Source: Minutocellus sp. GHC0000111 (lineage: Eukaryota). Taken from it: a stretch of DNA of 64,000 bases. The stretch covers positions 310,001 to 374,000 of the forward strand of contig OZ361257.1 in assembly GCA_977018835.1 (NCBI GenBank). Direction: 5' to 3'. This document shows positions 1-10,681 of this stretch, piece after piece. Below the pieces are notes generated by a model, which worked only from the letters and a program-made list of their open reading frames with translations, was not told where the DNA came from and made no database searches. Both the position numbers and the translations under genes were made by a program. How positions within the stretch are numbered: the stretch's first letter is position 1; every line of letters starts with the position of its first letter.

Positions 1-1141
1 CGATGACGTCCTTCCCGGCGGCAGTGATAAAGGTGTCTTTGTCCCACTGCGATTCCAGGGTTCCCTCCTTGGTCATGAGGAGGCGCTTCTGGTTCTTCGT
101 GAGGAATTCCATGGCAAAGTGAACGCCCTTGAGGTCGCGGCCAGGAACGGGCAAGTCACGCGGCTTGGTAGCGCCGACGGTGAGGGCAAGGGCGTCGTAG
201 TTGGCCCGAAGCTCGTTGACGTCGACGTTACGGCCGATATCGGCGTTCGTAACGAACGCAATGCCCTCCTCTCGGAGAAGGTTGACGCGGCGGTCGACGG
301 TCTCCTTCTCGAGCTTCGTGTTAGGGATGCCGTACATGAGAAGCCCCCCGATGCGATCTGCCCTCTCGTAGACGGTGACCTTATGACCCATCTGGTTGAG
401 CTGGTCGGCTGCGGCAAGGCCGGCGGGTCCAGATCCCACAACAGCGACTGTCATTCCAGTCCGATCCTTGACGATGCGAGGCTGGATCAGGCCATCATTC
501 CAGGCCCGGTCAACGATGGAATATTCAATGTTCTTGATGGTGACAGGACCGTCGATGAGGCCGGCGACGCACGCGCCCTCGCAGGGTGCGGGGCAGACAC
601 GTCCGGTGAACTCCGGGAAGTTGTTGGTCTTGTGCAGCCGATCGATGGCGTCGGCCCACTGTCCGTTGTAGACCAAATTGTTCCACTCCGGGATGAGGTT
701 ATTGACAGGACAGCCCGTCTCGGTCTGGCAGAAGGGAGTGCCGCAGTCCATGCAACGGGCGGCCTGGACCTTGCGCTCGATCTCGGAATGCTTCTCCTCG
801 TCGGCCTCCGTCGGGTTGAGCTCCTCCCAGTCCATGAGCCGCTCCAATGGCTTGCGGTAGGGCTCGGGGTTGCGCTCGTAGTTGAGGAAGCCCCGGAGTT
901 TCTCGATGGGCTGATACGAACCATCCCGACGCTTCACCATGGGCTCGTTGTTGTGGTCGTAGATGCCCTCCCTCCATTCCTCGCGGGGCTGCTTGATCTT
1001 ATGCCTGCCATCCTTGCCGATGGGGCCGGAGGGGGGAGCAGCGGCGGCCGTCGAAGTTGACATGGCCGCAGCAGCCGACGTGGCGGCCCTCCGTCTCGTC
1101 GCCGTAGCGGCCGATGCAAGTACCTTTGATGTTGCGAGCAT
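1..1141 (-). CDS. gltD: Glutamate synthase NAD(P)H small (beta) subunit, stand-alone, with putative mitochondrial presequence; 3' part runs off the window
   Basis: Manual translation of the - strand from ATG 1141 is open to the window edge (absent from the ORF track because it has no stop): [22 protein letters not shown]...[33 protein letters not shown]...[26 protein letters not shown]...[17 protein letters not shown]...[22 protein letters not shown]. These are the canonical GltD Fe-S and FAD motifs. Confidence 0.93.
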   Translation of the reverse strand, partial: MLATSKVLASAATATRRRAATSAAAAMSTSTAAAAPPSGPIGKDGRHKIKQPREEWREGIYDHNNEPMVKRRDGSYQPIEKLRGFLNYERNPEPYRKPLERLMDWEELNPTEADEEKHSEIERKVQAARCMDCGTPFCQTETGCPVNNLIPEWNNLVYNGQWADAIDRLHKTNNFPEFTGRVCPAPCEGACVAGLIDGPVTIKNIEYSIVDRAWNDGLIQPRIVKDRTGMTVAVVGSGPAGLAAADQLNQMGHKVTVYERADRIGGLLMYGIPNTKLEKETVDRRVNLLREEGIAFVTNADIGRNVDVNELRANYDALALTVGATKPRDLPVPGRDLKGVHFAMEFLTKNQKRLLMTKEGTLESQWDKDTFITAAGKDVI

Positions 1142-1719
1142 TCTGAAACGAAAGAGAGCTACGTTGGTTGTCGTACTACTACTCTAACTAGCTAGCTAGC
1201 GGTTGCAGAATTCGCAGCTAAATGGATCTGAAAAAGGCGCGCAACTTGCGGAAAGTCTTCGCGCCAAGAAAAATAATGATCCAAGCGAGAGTGGCTGAAT
1301 TGAGCGACCTGTGTGGTTTATCACAACAAAAACGAAAGACTAATCAGTCTCCTCGATACACCGCAGGCGGGACCCTGATGTGTTCGGTGAATAGGTGGTG
1401 GCGAAGATAGATAGATGGGACGATAGCAAGTTTAAAATAATAGGCCTCTAGAAAAGCGGGGCAAAAATGAGATTTAGAGGGTCGAACTGCAGAACGCAAT
1501 GTAGCATTGCACGTTGTCATCCGTTATTTATACGTACGTACGGCTGGGCGAAAATCGGTGAAATGAGTCAAATAATATGTTAGAGAGGCCTAATCAGCAA
1601 ACGAAGAAGCCGAAGAAGCCCAGCGGTCTTTCCGTCGCCAATTCACCTCGAACCACGAAGCAGCAACCTGAATTGCTTTTGCACAAAGAAGCTTGCGAAA
1701 GAAATTCATTCATTGCACG

Positions 1720-1995
1720 TGTAGATCTAATCTACATGTAGATTAGAAGATCGAGATCTACATCTACATGTACATGGTTTTGCACCAGTACACATGTACA
1801 TGTACATGTACATGTATGTATGGTGGGTGACTGGATGGAGTGCAAGTGTGTCGCGGGGCGCAAAACACATGTAGAACACATGTAGATCTAGAAAAAGATC
1901 TAGGCATGTGTAGATCTAGTCTAGATCTATGCAGCTAGATCTACGTACCGGTAGTAGACTCTAGATCTACCAATTGCTTAGACTCTACATGTATA
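1720..1995. repeat. Low-complexity tract of short TA-containing palindromes (TAGATCTA, TACATGTA, CTAG)
   Basis: Perfect 22-bp palindrome tctaatctacatgtagattaga at 1726-1747, (ACATGT)4 at 1792-1815, and many tagatcta copies. Confidence 0.8.
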
Positions 1996-2140
1996 TAATA
2001 ACGACCCTGATGCATTTAATATTTTTCGCTCGGAAGAGCTCGCAAAAATGTTGCGAAGGGCGTCATTTATGTAACCGAGGTCCCGAGGGCGCAAATTAGA
2101 AATCTACGAAGCAGAGTCTAATTTGCCCGAGAGGGGTTAC
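1995..2140. repeat. Two adjacent imperfect hairpins; possible small non-autonomous element
   Basis: Hairpin 1: gaccct..aatatttttcgc..gcaaaaatgtt..agggcgtc. Hairpin 2 (2071-2140): gtaacc..gcaaattaga..tctaatttgc..ggttac. Confidence 0.4.
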
Positions 2141-2266
2141 TCTACATGATGATGTAGATCTAGATCTAGACTTTCAACAGTGTTTTTTATCTACATGGCG
2201 CATGACAATTTTCTACATTGCCATTTCTACTGGACAGGTTTTTACTGCAATGTGCTACAAAGTTTT

Positions 2267-2956
2267 TTAATGCTGGAACTGTCGTGAGTCAGCACCCTTC
2301 CTCTTACCAAATGGGTTGGAGGCGCTAAACTCGTGTCCACTGCGTGAACCGCCCTTCTTGCCGCCCCCAGTCTTCAGTTTCTGTCCGTTGTGTCGTCGAG
2401 ATCCCTTGGCGCCAAAGGCAACGTCCACCCGGGGTGGGGTGGCAAATCCGAATGCAAGGCCTACGGCACGCAGATCGAGCTCGTGAACATTGAAAATATC
2501 TCTCAAAGAGTGGCTGGCGTAGGCAAGAAGGTAACTGCGGTAAGCATCACGAGCGGCTCGGTTCAGGTAGCAATTCCTCTCCACCAACCGCTGAAGCTGG
2601 CTCTGCACATTCGCGATCTTCTTCGTGGGGAACTCATATTCGTTCAGAGTCACCTTGGCAGCCTTCAGATATCGAAGGAAGCCTGTCTCCTGTGGAGTCA
2701 GGAATAGCAACGCCCGTCCAGCACCAGTCGCGCCGCGGGCCGTCCGGCCAACTCTGTGGATGTGTTCCTTCGGATCATCGGGAGGATCGAATTGCACAAC
2801 AATCCAATCGACGCTCGGCATGTCTAGGCCTCTCGCTGCTACGTCTGTGCAGAGCAGCATTCCCTTCTTCGCTTTGCAAAACTGGAAGAAGGTCATTGTG
2901 CGTTTCTGCTGCTTTTGCCGACCGTGGATGTCCATGACGGGCACATCGATGTAATT
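2267..2956 (-). pseudogene. HAS1: 5'-truncated DEAD-box RNA helicase HAS1/DDX18 fragment (helicase C domain plus C-terminal extension)
   Basis: [87 protein letters not shown]. Motifs I-III are missing, conserved residues are altered (EYIHR to EHIHR, NYYL to NCYL, extra V in WIVVQF), and homology stops at a TIR. Confidence 0.85.
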
Positions 2957-2958
2957 TA

Positions 2959-4462
2959 GAGAGTGTGATTTCACGAGAGAGCAGACACCCCCTCCGCGAT
3001 GTTTCGTAAACATTGTACCAACTTCCTTTTATTGATGATCCTTACTCAGAAGGGTATTGTAGACCATAATCAACAATAAAAGGAAGTTGGTACAATGATC
3101 TTGGTGCTCTTTTAGCACATGATATAGATACGGTATTAGAGTGTTTCTTTTGGTACACTATTGTTTGAAAAATTATTTTTATGTCGTAGAATACACTTGT
3201 GCTGTTTCAAGAAAGAAAAAATACATCAAACTTTATAACGAAACAAAACCCATTTCGTTCAACGAATGGGGCCACAACATGTGTCGCCGACGTGCCTCCC
3301 ATTGAGAACAATCAAGACTACGGGGCACCATACCCTTGTAATAGCCTTTCACAACACTGTGGTGCAGCAGGAGACTTGCAATTACTTTTTTGAGCCTTGA
3401 AAAATTCGTTCGCGTTAGACCCGATTTTTTCGACAGTTTCCGACGTTCCATCACGACCATGTTCGCCCGATGTACAGCACCACCCCGGCCATCGCATACA
3501 CTCTGACCACCTAGATGCCTTCCTGAATATTACTGGAAGGGATTTTTGGGCGATAGCGGTGCGTCGGTGCGTGCCTGTACCGCGAAATGTGGCCCAGCGC
3601 CATTACCACCCCCATTACACCACCCATCCGAAAGTTGGTCCGGATGCTTTTATGCGGTCCATGCACCACTTCCGTTGCACTGAGCCGTCGACGCTTCACC
3701 CATATATATACCAAGCGCATTTGAGTGGGGGGTGGTGGCATTTCTTGACAATTCATAGAGAAAACTATTCCCAAAGTCCCGTGTCTGATGTCGGCACCAG
3801 ATTTCACCTTCATTGCTTCTGCCGCCCGAGAGGAACGAAACCGGAGAAAGCGGCCAAACCAACACGTGAGATCGATGGATGTAATATAGAATGAGCATCG
3901 TGCGTGCTGATATTGCGTGAAGGAACAGTGGTTGAGGCTTGAAGGGGGGTGTAGTTGGGGATTTGCTACTTTCAGATGTTTTTGCTTTCCATGGTGACGG
4001 CCACAATGATACAAAGATGGGGCCCAATATCGACCCTCTGGCGCAAACTTGCTCCCAATATTACCCAAGTGAAAGTAATGCCGGTCAGGGAGGATTGAAA
4101 TGGATGTAGACAAGCATCAGCCATCATTCTTTGCCATTTTGAGGGTAAAAAAATATTGAAAATTTCTGGGCATGAGGAGATGTTGCTAAAATAGCACATG
4201 ATGTACGAATGAGTTTGCTTTCAAGTATGCAATACTCACCTAACGCATGTAGTTAGTTATACATCGGTTGGCTTGGAGTTATTTATCGTTATACCATCAT
4301 TTGGTGGCCTTCTTGTGGAGATGAATTCTCCTTGCTTTCGCCGTGTTGAGAGAGGCCATTTAGTGGGTTCATTTTTGCGCTGCATAAAGTATCGCACAAA
4401 AAAATTTCCTAGTGCCTTACTATTTTCGGCGATTTTGTCGGCGGTCTCGTGGAATCACTCTC
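2959..4462. mobile_element. Putative non-autonomous TIR DNA transposon (~1.5 kb) flanked by TA
   Basis: Left end 2959-2987 GAGAGTGTGATTTCACGAGAGAGCAGACA aligns with the reverse complement of 4436-4462, GAGAGTG--ATTCCACGAGACCGCCGACA (23/27 plus a 2-nt gap). TA lies at 2957-58 and 4463-64. The interior is AT-richer and has no convincing ORF. Confidence 0.65.
3011..3097. repeat. Perfect 24-bp inverted repeat with 39-bp spacer (MITE-like hairpin)
   Basis: cattgtaccaacttccttttattg (3011-3034) and caataaaaggaagttggtacaatg (3074-3097). Confidence 0.9.
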
Positions 4463-4663
4463 TATGTTCATTGTACTCAGTGAAGCCAAAAGATATTGCA
4501 AATAATTTTTGTCGCCCGTCTTTTCCATTGGACGACCCATTCTGAGCATCAATCACAACACATTATGTGGTTGACCCCAGAAGAAACCTGAAAATATAAG
4601 CCGCAAGTGGTTTGTTTGTTGTACAAATTCTGTTTTGTTTATCCTTCTTCAGGAAAAACAAAT

Positions 4664-5360
4664 CTAGTAGTACTTGCCATCGGCCTTGCCCTGGGCATCG
4701 AGGACACCGGACCAGTATTGGGACTCGAAGTTGGCCTTGGCGTTGACATCGACCTGAACCTCAATGTTGGCGCCCTTCTTCTTGACGGGGAAGGTGGGGA
4801 CACCGACGGGGTCGAAGAGACCGCCGAGGAGCTTGCCGATGCCGGAGGGGCACCATGCGCCGACGACCTCACCAGTCTTCAGGGAGAACTTGGTGCCGAG
4901 GACGGGGTCCTGGATGGTGGTGGCGTCGACATTGCCGAAGGAAAGGGGCTGGTTGACGGGGGGGCACTTGTCGCCGAGGGCGAAGACGGAGCCCGAGGGG
5001 TCGACGGCAATGCAGATGGCAAGGCCGCCGGCGACGCCGGAGGTGGCGGAGCCAGGGGCGGGGAGCTTGTCCACGGGGATGCAGGGGACGTACTGGAGCT
5101 TGGAGGCGAACTTGCCGGCCTCAAGAGCAGTGTTGGCCCGAGTGTTGGCCTGTACCGATATCGTCGGGTCGGGGGCGCAAACGCAAAAAATGAAACAAGG
5201 CATGTGAGAAAAATTGCCGCCGGTAAAAACAAATTCATTTCAATCATCATCCATTCGATCGGAAGCTCCCATCTATCACAAACGAATGCATCGAACTTAC
5301 GGACTGGGGGGCGAAAGCAGCAGCGCTGGCGATAAGGGTGGCGGCGACGGCGGTCTTCAT
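4664..5360 (-). CDS. Plastid-targeted Rieske-fold protein lacking the [2Fe-2S] ligands (PSB33/TEF5- or NirD-like); 2 exons (5360-5301, 5149-4664)
   Basis: Exon 1 MKTAVAATLIASAAAFAPQS has the AAA-FAP plastid motif. A phase-0 GTAAGT..TACAG intron spans 5300-5150. Exon 2 reads VFALGDKCPPVNQPLSFGNV..IQDPVLGTKFSLKTGEVVGAWCP..TFPVK. Confidence 0.8.
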
Positions 5361-6092
5361 TTTGTATGTAAAATTATTGCAAAAGGGCTGGAAGTGGGTG
5401 GGGGTAGATGAATGACGAAGAACAGACGAATGTCACGTTAGAAACAAAAGTGAAGCATAATTCGTGTCAATTATCACATGTCTCCCGCTAACTCCAATAT
5501 CTCTCATCGTCTTTCGCGCCTCCACGAGAGTAGCATGTGGATCCATCAAGTCTGATCCTTCAAGTCCGCCCACGTCATGGCCGCTACCGGCACTTTGCGT
5601 CGGACCGAGGAGACAGACCTCCGGCAGAAGGACGCGGGCGGCATTCGTCAAACTTTGCACGCCTCAATGACCACGGCTAAGCAGCTCCCTCCGCACATAA
5701 GTTCCTCCTGGTAAAGAGGTCCAAGTCTTGCCCCAACTTCATCCGATACGCCGCCATCAAGCGGTAGCCGGTCGGCACGCACCTTGATCAAAGATGTGGT
5801 CTCTCTCTCGCATGTTCTTCCGTCGAGCACCATCGACGCGGGAAAAGCGCTGCGTCGCTGACGATTGTCGGAAGATTTCTGCAAGTTGGGTTGCATGCGA
5901 CTTGGAGTACGCATGCAAGTTGCAGTTTCTTGGCAATATTTTCGATCGAACGAGTCAAATATGTCAGAGTCTGTCCGTCGTCTTCCATCCAGTGCCAAGT
6001 TCATTTCATCATGGGCTAAAATTAGCCCATGCATTTCATTTCGCCGCCGCGCCGAGAGCTCCGCCGCACGCGGGAGCTGGAGCGCGAGGTCG

Positions 6093-7553
6093 ATGTCCGC
6101 CACCGCTGGTTGCAACGATGCAGCGCCGAGCCGGCCGAGCAGCATCCCCACCGTTGTGGTAGAATCGCACCAGCATGTATTGGAGCACATTCACGCCGTC
6201 CTGCGCCACAGAGCACGGCTTCATTCTCGTGTGGTTCGGCGACGACGGCAACAAGCATCAAACAATCCAAGTCTACCGCCGCCAATCTCCATGATACATT
6301 TTGATTCTCATCCGGACTTGGCTTGTCCGTCCCCATGCGTTCTGGCAAGAGCATGCTTCGAGCCTCGAAGAGAATGGCCAGTTCAGCTTGCAGTGGGCAA
6401 ATCCAATGGAGAAGAGGACGACACTGGCACGCCAGACGAAACTTCAGAAGACATGACTCGAACCCTTTATGAGCACTTGGATTTGGATCGTTCCGGTATT
6501 GCTCAGTGGATATTGCCTTTGGTCTTACCAGGTGATTTGACCTCTATGGATTGGATACGGAGTGCTTGGGCAGATCAGATAGAAGATGGACAGTATTGCT
6601 ACAATGTTGGGGCTTGGGTTTCCCGGGAAAGTGGTTCTGAAGAATTACCAAACGTTGCTAAATTTACTGGTCTGCCCGAGGAGGCGATTATGAAGGTGGA
6701 TCTTGATCACAAGTATTACCTCGAGGACAATTCTACTGTACCAACTGATGAGCTCATCTTACCAAAAGAATTGATATTAAAGGTATCAGATTTATCGTCT
6801 ACCACAAACAATGAGGAGGTCGACGGTGATTTCGAAGAACAGGAGTGGATCCTTGACATATGCCTTGATTATTTCCTTTGTCGCAATCCTTTCGTTGACG
6901 AGCTTGAAGAAATCGACACAGAATTCGCTGCTGCCTTCGTGGCAATCGTTGAGCAGGCCCAGTTTAGCCCTCTGCAATATCAGCAAGAGTACGAACGATT
7001 TCAGAAAGGTATGGCGGAGATTTTAGAGTCGCTACTTGTCAATTCGCTCTCTGGTAATTCTGGAATCATTTTTCAAGACGGATGCGGCGTTGAGGAAAGC
7101 CTGATACAGAGACTTCTAGAGGCAGCTCACAAGTGCACTGATCAAGACCGATCAAAGATCATTCATCTAGCGATTGACGCTCTACCAAGTGTGACTCTGC
7201 CACATGATGAATATGTGGATGACGACGAAGCATTGAGAAGTGCTACTGTGCAGATTGAAGCTATGGAAGCTTATCTACGGGGCATTCGCACTTCCTCTTC
7301 GCGATACAGGCCAAAACCCATGATGATCACTGTGGCGCGAAGTACTGACGATGGCTTTACACCGAAGACGATGGTTGATATCCTTCAGCGACGGGTTCTT
7401 GCAATGGTTCATCGTGTGTATTGCAGCTGTAATCGCAACGATATGTTTGATAATATTCCAAGCTCGCCGAGGCCCATCTCATGTCAAGATTGTCGTCTCA
7501 ACATAGTTTACGATTACGGAGAATGGGAAGGGTCTGAGCTTGACCTGCGGTAA
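6093..7553 (+). CDS. UPF0489 family protein (C5orf22-like)
   Basis: IPTVVVESHQHVLEHIH, MIHFDSHPDL, IAQWILPLV, WILDICLDYFLCRNPF and ITVARSTDDGFTP motifs. Likely ATG at 6093 within ORF 5865..7553. Confidence 0.85.
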   Translation: MSATAGCNDAAPSRPSSIPTVVVESHQHVLEHIHAVLRHRARLHSRVVRRRRQQASNNPSLPPPISMIHFDSHPDLACPSPCVLARACFEPRREWPVQLAVGKSNGEEDDTGTPDETSEDMTRTLYEHLDLDRSGIAQWILPLVLPGDLTSMDWIRSAWADQIEDGQYCYNVGAWVSRESGSEELPNVAKFTGLPEEAIMKVDLDHKYYLEDNSTVPTDELILPKELILKVSDLSSTTNNEEVDGDFEEQEWILDICLDYFLCRNPFVDELEEIDTEFAAAFVAIVEQAQFSPLQYQQEYERFQKGMAEILESLLVNSLSGNSGIIFQDGCGVEESLIQRLLEAAHKCTDQDRSKIIHLAIDALPSVTLPHDEYVDDDEALRSATVQIEAMEAYLRGIRTSSSRYRPKPMMITVARSTDDGFTPKTMVDILQRRVLAMVHRVYCSCNRNDMFDNIPSSPRPISCQDCRLNIVYDYGEWEGSELDLR

Positions 7554-7703
7554 GAACCCAAAACTAATTAATGATAAGATGAAGTCATTTGTAAAGCCTC
7601 TTACTCTTACTACATAAGATGGCATTGTTGCTTATAGCAAGAGGGAATGCGCTCTATTACCATCAGCCATTCCTTCTTCGTTTGGGGTTGCGGCGATGCG
7701 AAA

Positions 7704-9396
7704 TCATTGCCCTTGCTCGTCTTCTTCGAAAATAACACCGTTGACGCCACGGAGATGCGGCCAGTCTCGCCACATGTTGGAGACTCCCCGCACATCGTCG
7801 ATGTTGCGTATACCCTTGAGGAAGGCTCCGATCTGATCCAGCTCGCGATCGTTGGGGTCATCAATGAACGAGGTGCAGTCGATGGCATTCTCGGGATGGA
7901 AGATGTACGAGCTGGGAGAGTTATCAATAATGATGCTCTGGGTAAGGTCGCGGTCCAGCAAACTGCGTAGGAGATGTTTATGATAATTCGGCAAGGAAAA
8001 AGAGGGTTTTGGTTCATTAGAAAAGTCCGATAGATATGATTAGCATTCACTTTGACAAAACACTTGACGAAACATCACTCACCTCAGATCCTTGACGTAG
8101 TTACCCTCATAGTAGACGCAGGATTCACGGAAGAGCCGGGTGCGGATGGTCTTGTGCGGATCGAGCAGGTCGAGGAGGGGATCGGCATACTTATTAAGCG
8201 ACGCCGTGTACACGACAATCTCGTAGTGCTTGGCCATCTCGACGAGGAATTCATCGACACCCGGTCGCTTCATGACGTAGACAAAGTGGACGACGTCCTC
8301 AATCTGGACGGGGATGACAAAGTCGGCACCCGGTACGGCCCGGAAGCTGGAATGCACCAACGTCTCGTCGAGGTCCAACACCAGACACTTCTTCCCCAAA
8401 TCATCGGGATGGTGCGCCGGCAGCAGCTTCACCTGGTTCTCCGCCGCGGCATCCTCGTACAGGATCTGCTCCTGCGATTCGCGGGTGGAGTACTGCGTCC
8501 GCTCGCCGTTCTTGTCGTAGTAGGCCGCCGAGTCGCGCGTGACGGTGGCGGTCCCGCCGGGGCCGAGGGGGGCCGTGTTGGACGACGTGGCCCCCCGGAC
8601 GGCCTTGGCGGCCGCCGCGGAGCTGGAGTCCTCGGGAACGAGGCAGCAGCACATCATCCGGAGGGATTCCAGGAGGGCATCGCAGGGGTCGACGTCGATC
8701 CCGCCCTCCCCGTCCTTGGCGACACCGCCCTCCTCCTCTTCGTTGGCGTGGCGACGCTCAATCTCGTGCGGGTGGAGCTCGTGCCCGGCATCGTCCACGG
8801 CCTTGCCGTCCGACGTGACGTGTATGTGCGGCTCGGGACCGGTGGGGTGCTGCTTCCGGGCCCCGGCGATGGCATCGGCGCTCCTGGGCGTGGTGGCGTT
8901 GCCATAGCGATCCGTCTGGGTGATGAAGTCGGGTACGGGCACGGACTGTCCGCCCTGATTCTGGGCGGCGGCCGCCGCGGCCGCGGCAGCGATGGCGGCC
9001 TGGTCGTGAACGTTGACGGTGGTGCTGCCCCCACCGGCGGCGATGGGGGTCTTCTTGACGCCTGGACTGCGCAGGTCGCCCCTGCCGCGGACTCCGGCGG
9101 GAGTCTTGGCCTCGTTGTACATGGCCGCCTTGTTCGAGGCCGGGGTGGAGGCATCGGTCCGGGGGGTCGAGGACTTGCGGTTGGTGCCGTTGCCGTTGCT
9201 GCTGCTGGTGGCACCGCTGGGATGATGCGAGAACCCGTGAAAAATAAATGAGCGTCGAAAATCCCAACGGTCCCCCGCCCGAATGCAGTGGACAAAGTGA
9301 AAGAGCTGGGAGGGACAAGATGCTATTGGGCAACCCTTCTCCGACCCCCGGTGGTGCCGTTTGCCTTGTCTCTCTGGTCTTCTCTCTCCTCTGCAT
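7704..9396 (-). CDS. SCP/CTDSP (NIF/Psr1-like) HAD-family small CTD phosphatase; exons 9396-9335, 9216-8083, 7962-7704
   Basis: [68 protein letters not shown]. Intron 8082-7963 is GTGAGT..CGCAG and phase-consistent. The first intron, 9334-9217 (GTTGCC..CCCAG), is less certain. A MMCCCLV putative palmitoylation cluster is present. Confidence 0.92.
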
Positions 9397-10681
9397 CTAT
9401 TGCCCCGCCGGCGGTCCTGGGGCGTCCGCTTTCGCCGCCGGGCGGCGCCGCTCCGTTCAAAAATTTGGTTGCCGCGAGCGTTGAGCTTTGACACGTCACG
9501 AAGAAAGCATTTTCATCCGCTGAATTTCAACGCTTTTTTTTGGCGCCTTGGACGAGAACCAGCCCGCCAACCATGAGGACGATATCGAATCGATTGGCAC
9601 CGCTCTGATTCTTATCGTGTCATCAATGCGATGGACGCTTCCCGCATCAGTACATGTCTCGGCCGAAGTTGCTGTCCTCCGTCCCCAAAATTGGCATTCC
9701 TTCCCTCTTGGTCCTCTTCTGTTGTATGGAAAATCATTCTCGCCACTACTTTGCTTGCCCCGCCGGACAGCAAGGATACATGGACCAATCAGGAACTTAC
9801 CTTTCATCTAGCAATGTGATGTATATTGCGCCCTTATCGAAGAGAACGCTACTTGGTTGTGTGTGGCGCAAGCAGTCGAGAGTGAAGCGAAAGTAGACCC
9901 AAGCACGTCGAAAAGATCAAATGAAGGCGCGTCGCGGGATGCGATGATTGATGATCTTGTTCGTTCTTCGGTGTCGTTATTCGCAGCAGGAACGGAGGTT
10001 CGGTTCACATTCGATGCATGCAGGGGATGAGGCAATGGATGGATGGAACAAACGGAACAATGCTTGCTTCTTATGGCCACCGGCACCGTCTGCGAGGATT
10101 TTGCCCAAAATCTCCAAACTCAACGCTCGTCCGGCGGTTTCGGTGTGAGCAGCCGTTGGCGCACTTAGCTTGTTTGCACTTGTCTGGGAAGGGCCTTGTC
10201 AGTTTCTTTGACGTGATATGGAAAGCACAGGCCATTTCCCCGAGACATGTTCCCTCAGAAACTGATGACGATCAAACGTGCGAAGGGCGCGACATTTGTG
10301 AAACTCACAGCCCGGCCCGATTGGATGAGATGCCGCCTCATGACCTCATCGCATCCGCGTGGCACTCACAGCACAGGCAGGCAGAGCATTGCGGGAGGCT
10401 TAGCACATAATCTAATATCGTGGAACTTCCGGCACTTGCTTTGCAGGAGTACGACCCTTTGGGTTACCGCGCGACGGGCCGTCCCCTCTTTCCGAAAAGC
10501 GGCACATACCGTATCTTTCTGCATTGTCCGTGGTGCATCGAACTCCGGAAGTTTTGGCCTGTGCTCACCCAAAAATCACATAAGCCATACACGCCCGAAT
10601 CCAATCAATCGGTGACCAACCAAGCACACACGCCTCATTGGTCCATTTGTTTTCACCTGAGAGCCGCATCGGATCCAAACC

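Noticed and set aside
119..1060. 313-aa + strand ORF and similar long antisense ORFs (8052..9251, 27494..29380, 34030..35916, 60880..62043)
   Set aside because: These are shadow ORFs opposite GC3-rich real genes (gltD, SCP phosphatase, PLAA, asnB) and have no motifs of their own.
3199..4545. ORFs inside the TIR element as a transposase
   Set aside because: No DDE/D, HTH or other recognisable motif; the ORFs are short and inconsistent.
5433..6190. Short - strand ORFs between the Rieske-like and UPF0489 genes
   Set aside because: No recognisable motifs; the region fits a divergent promoter/UTR.
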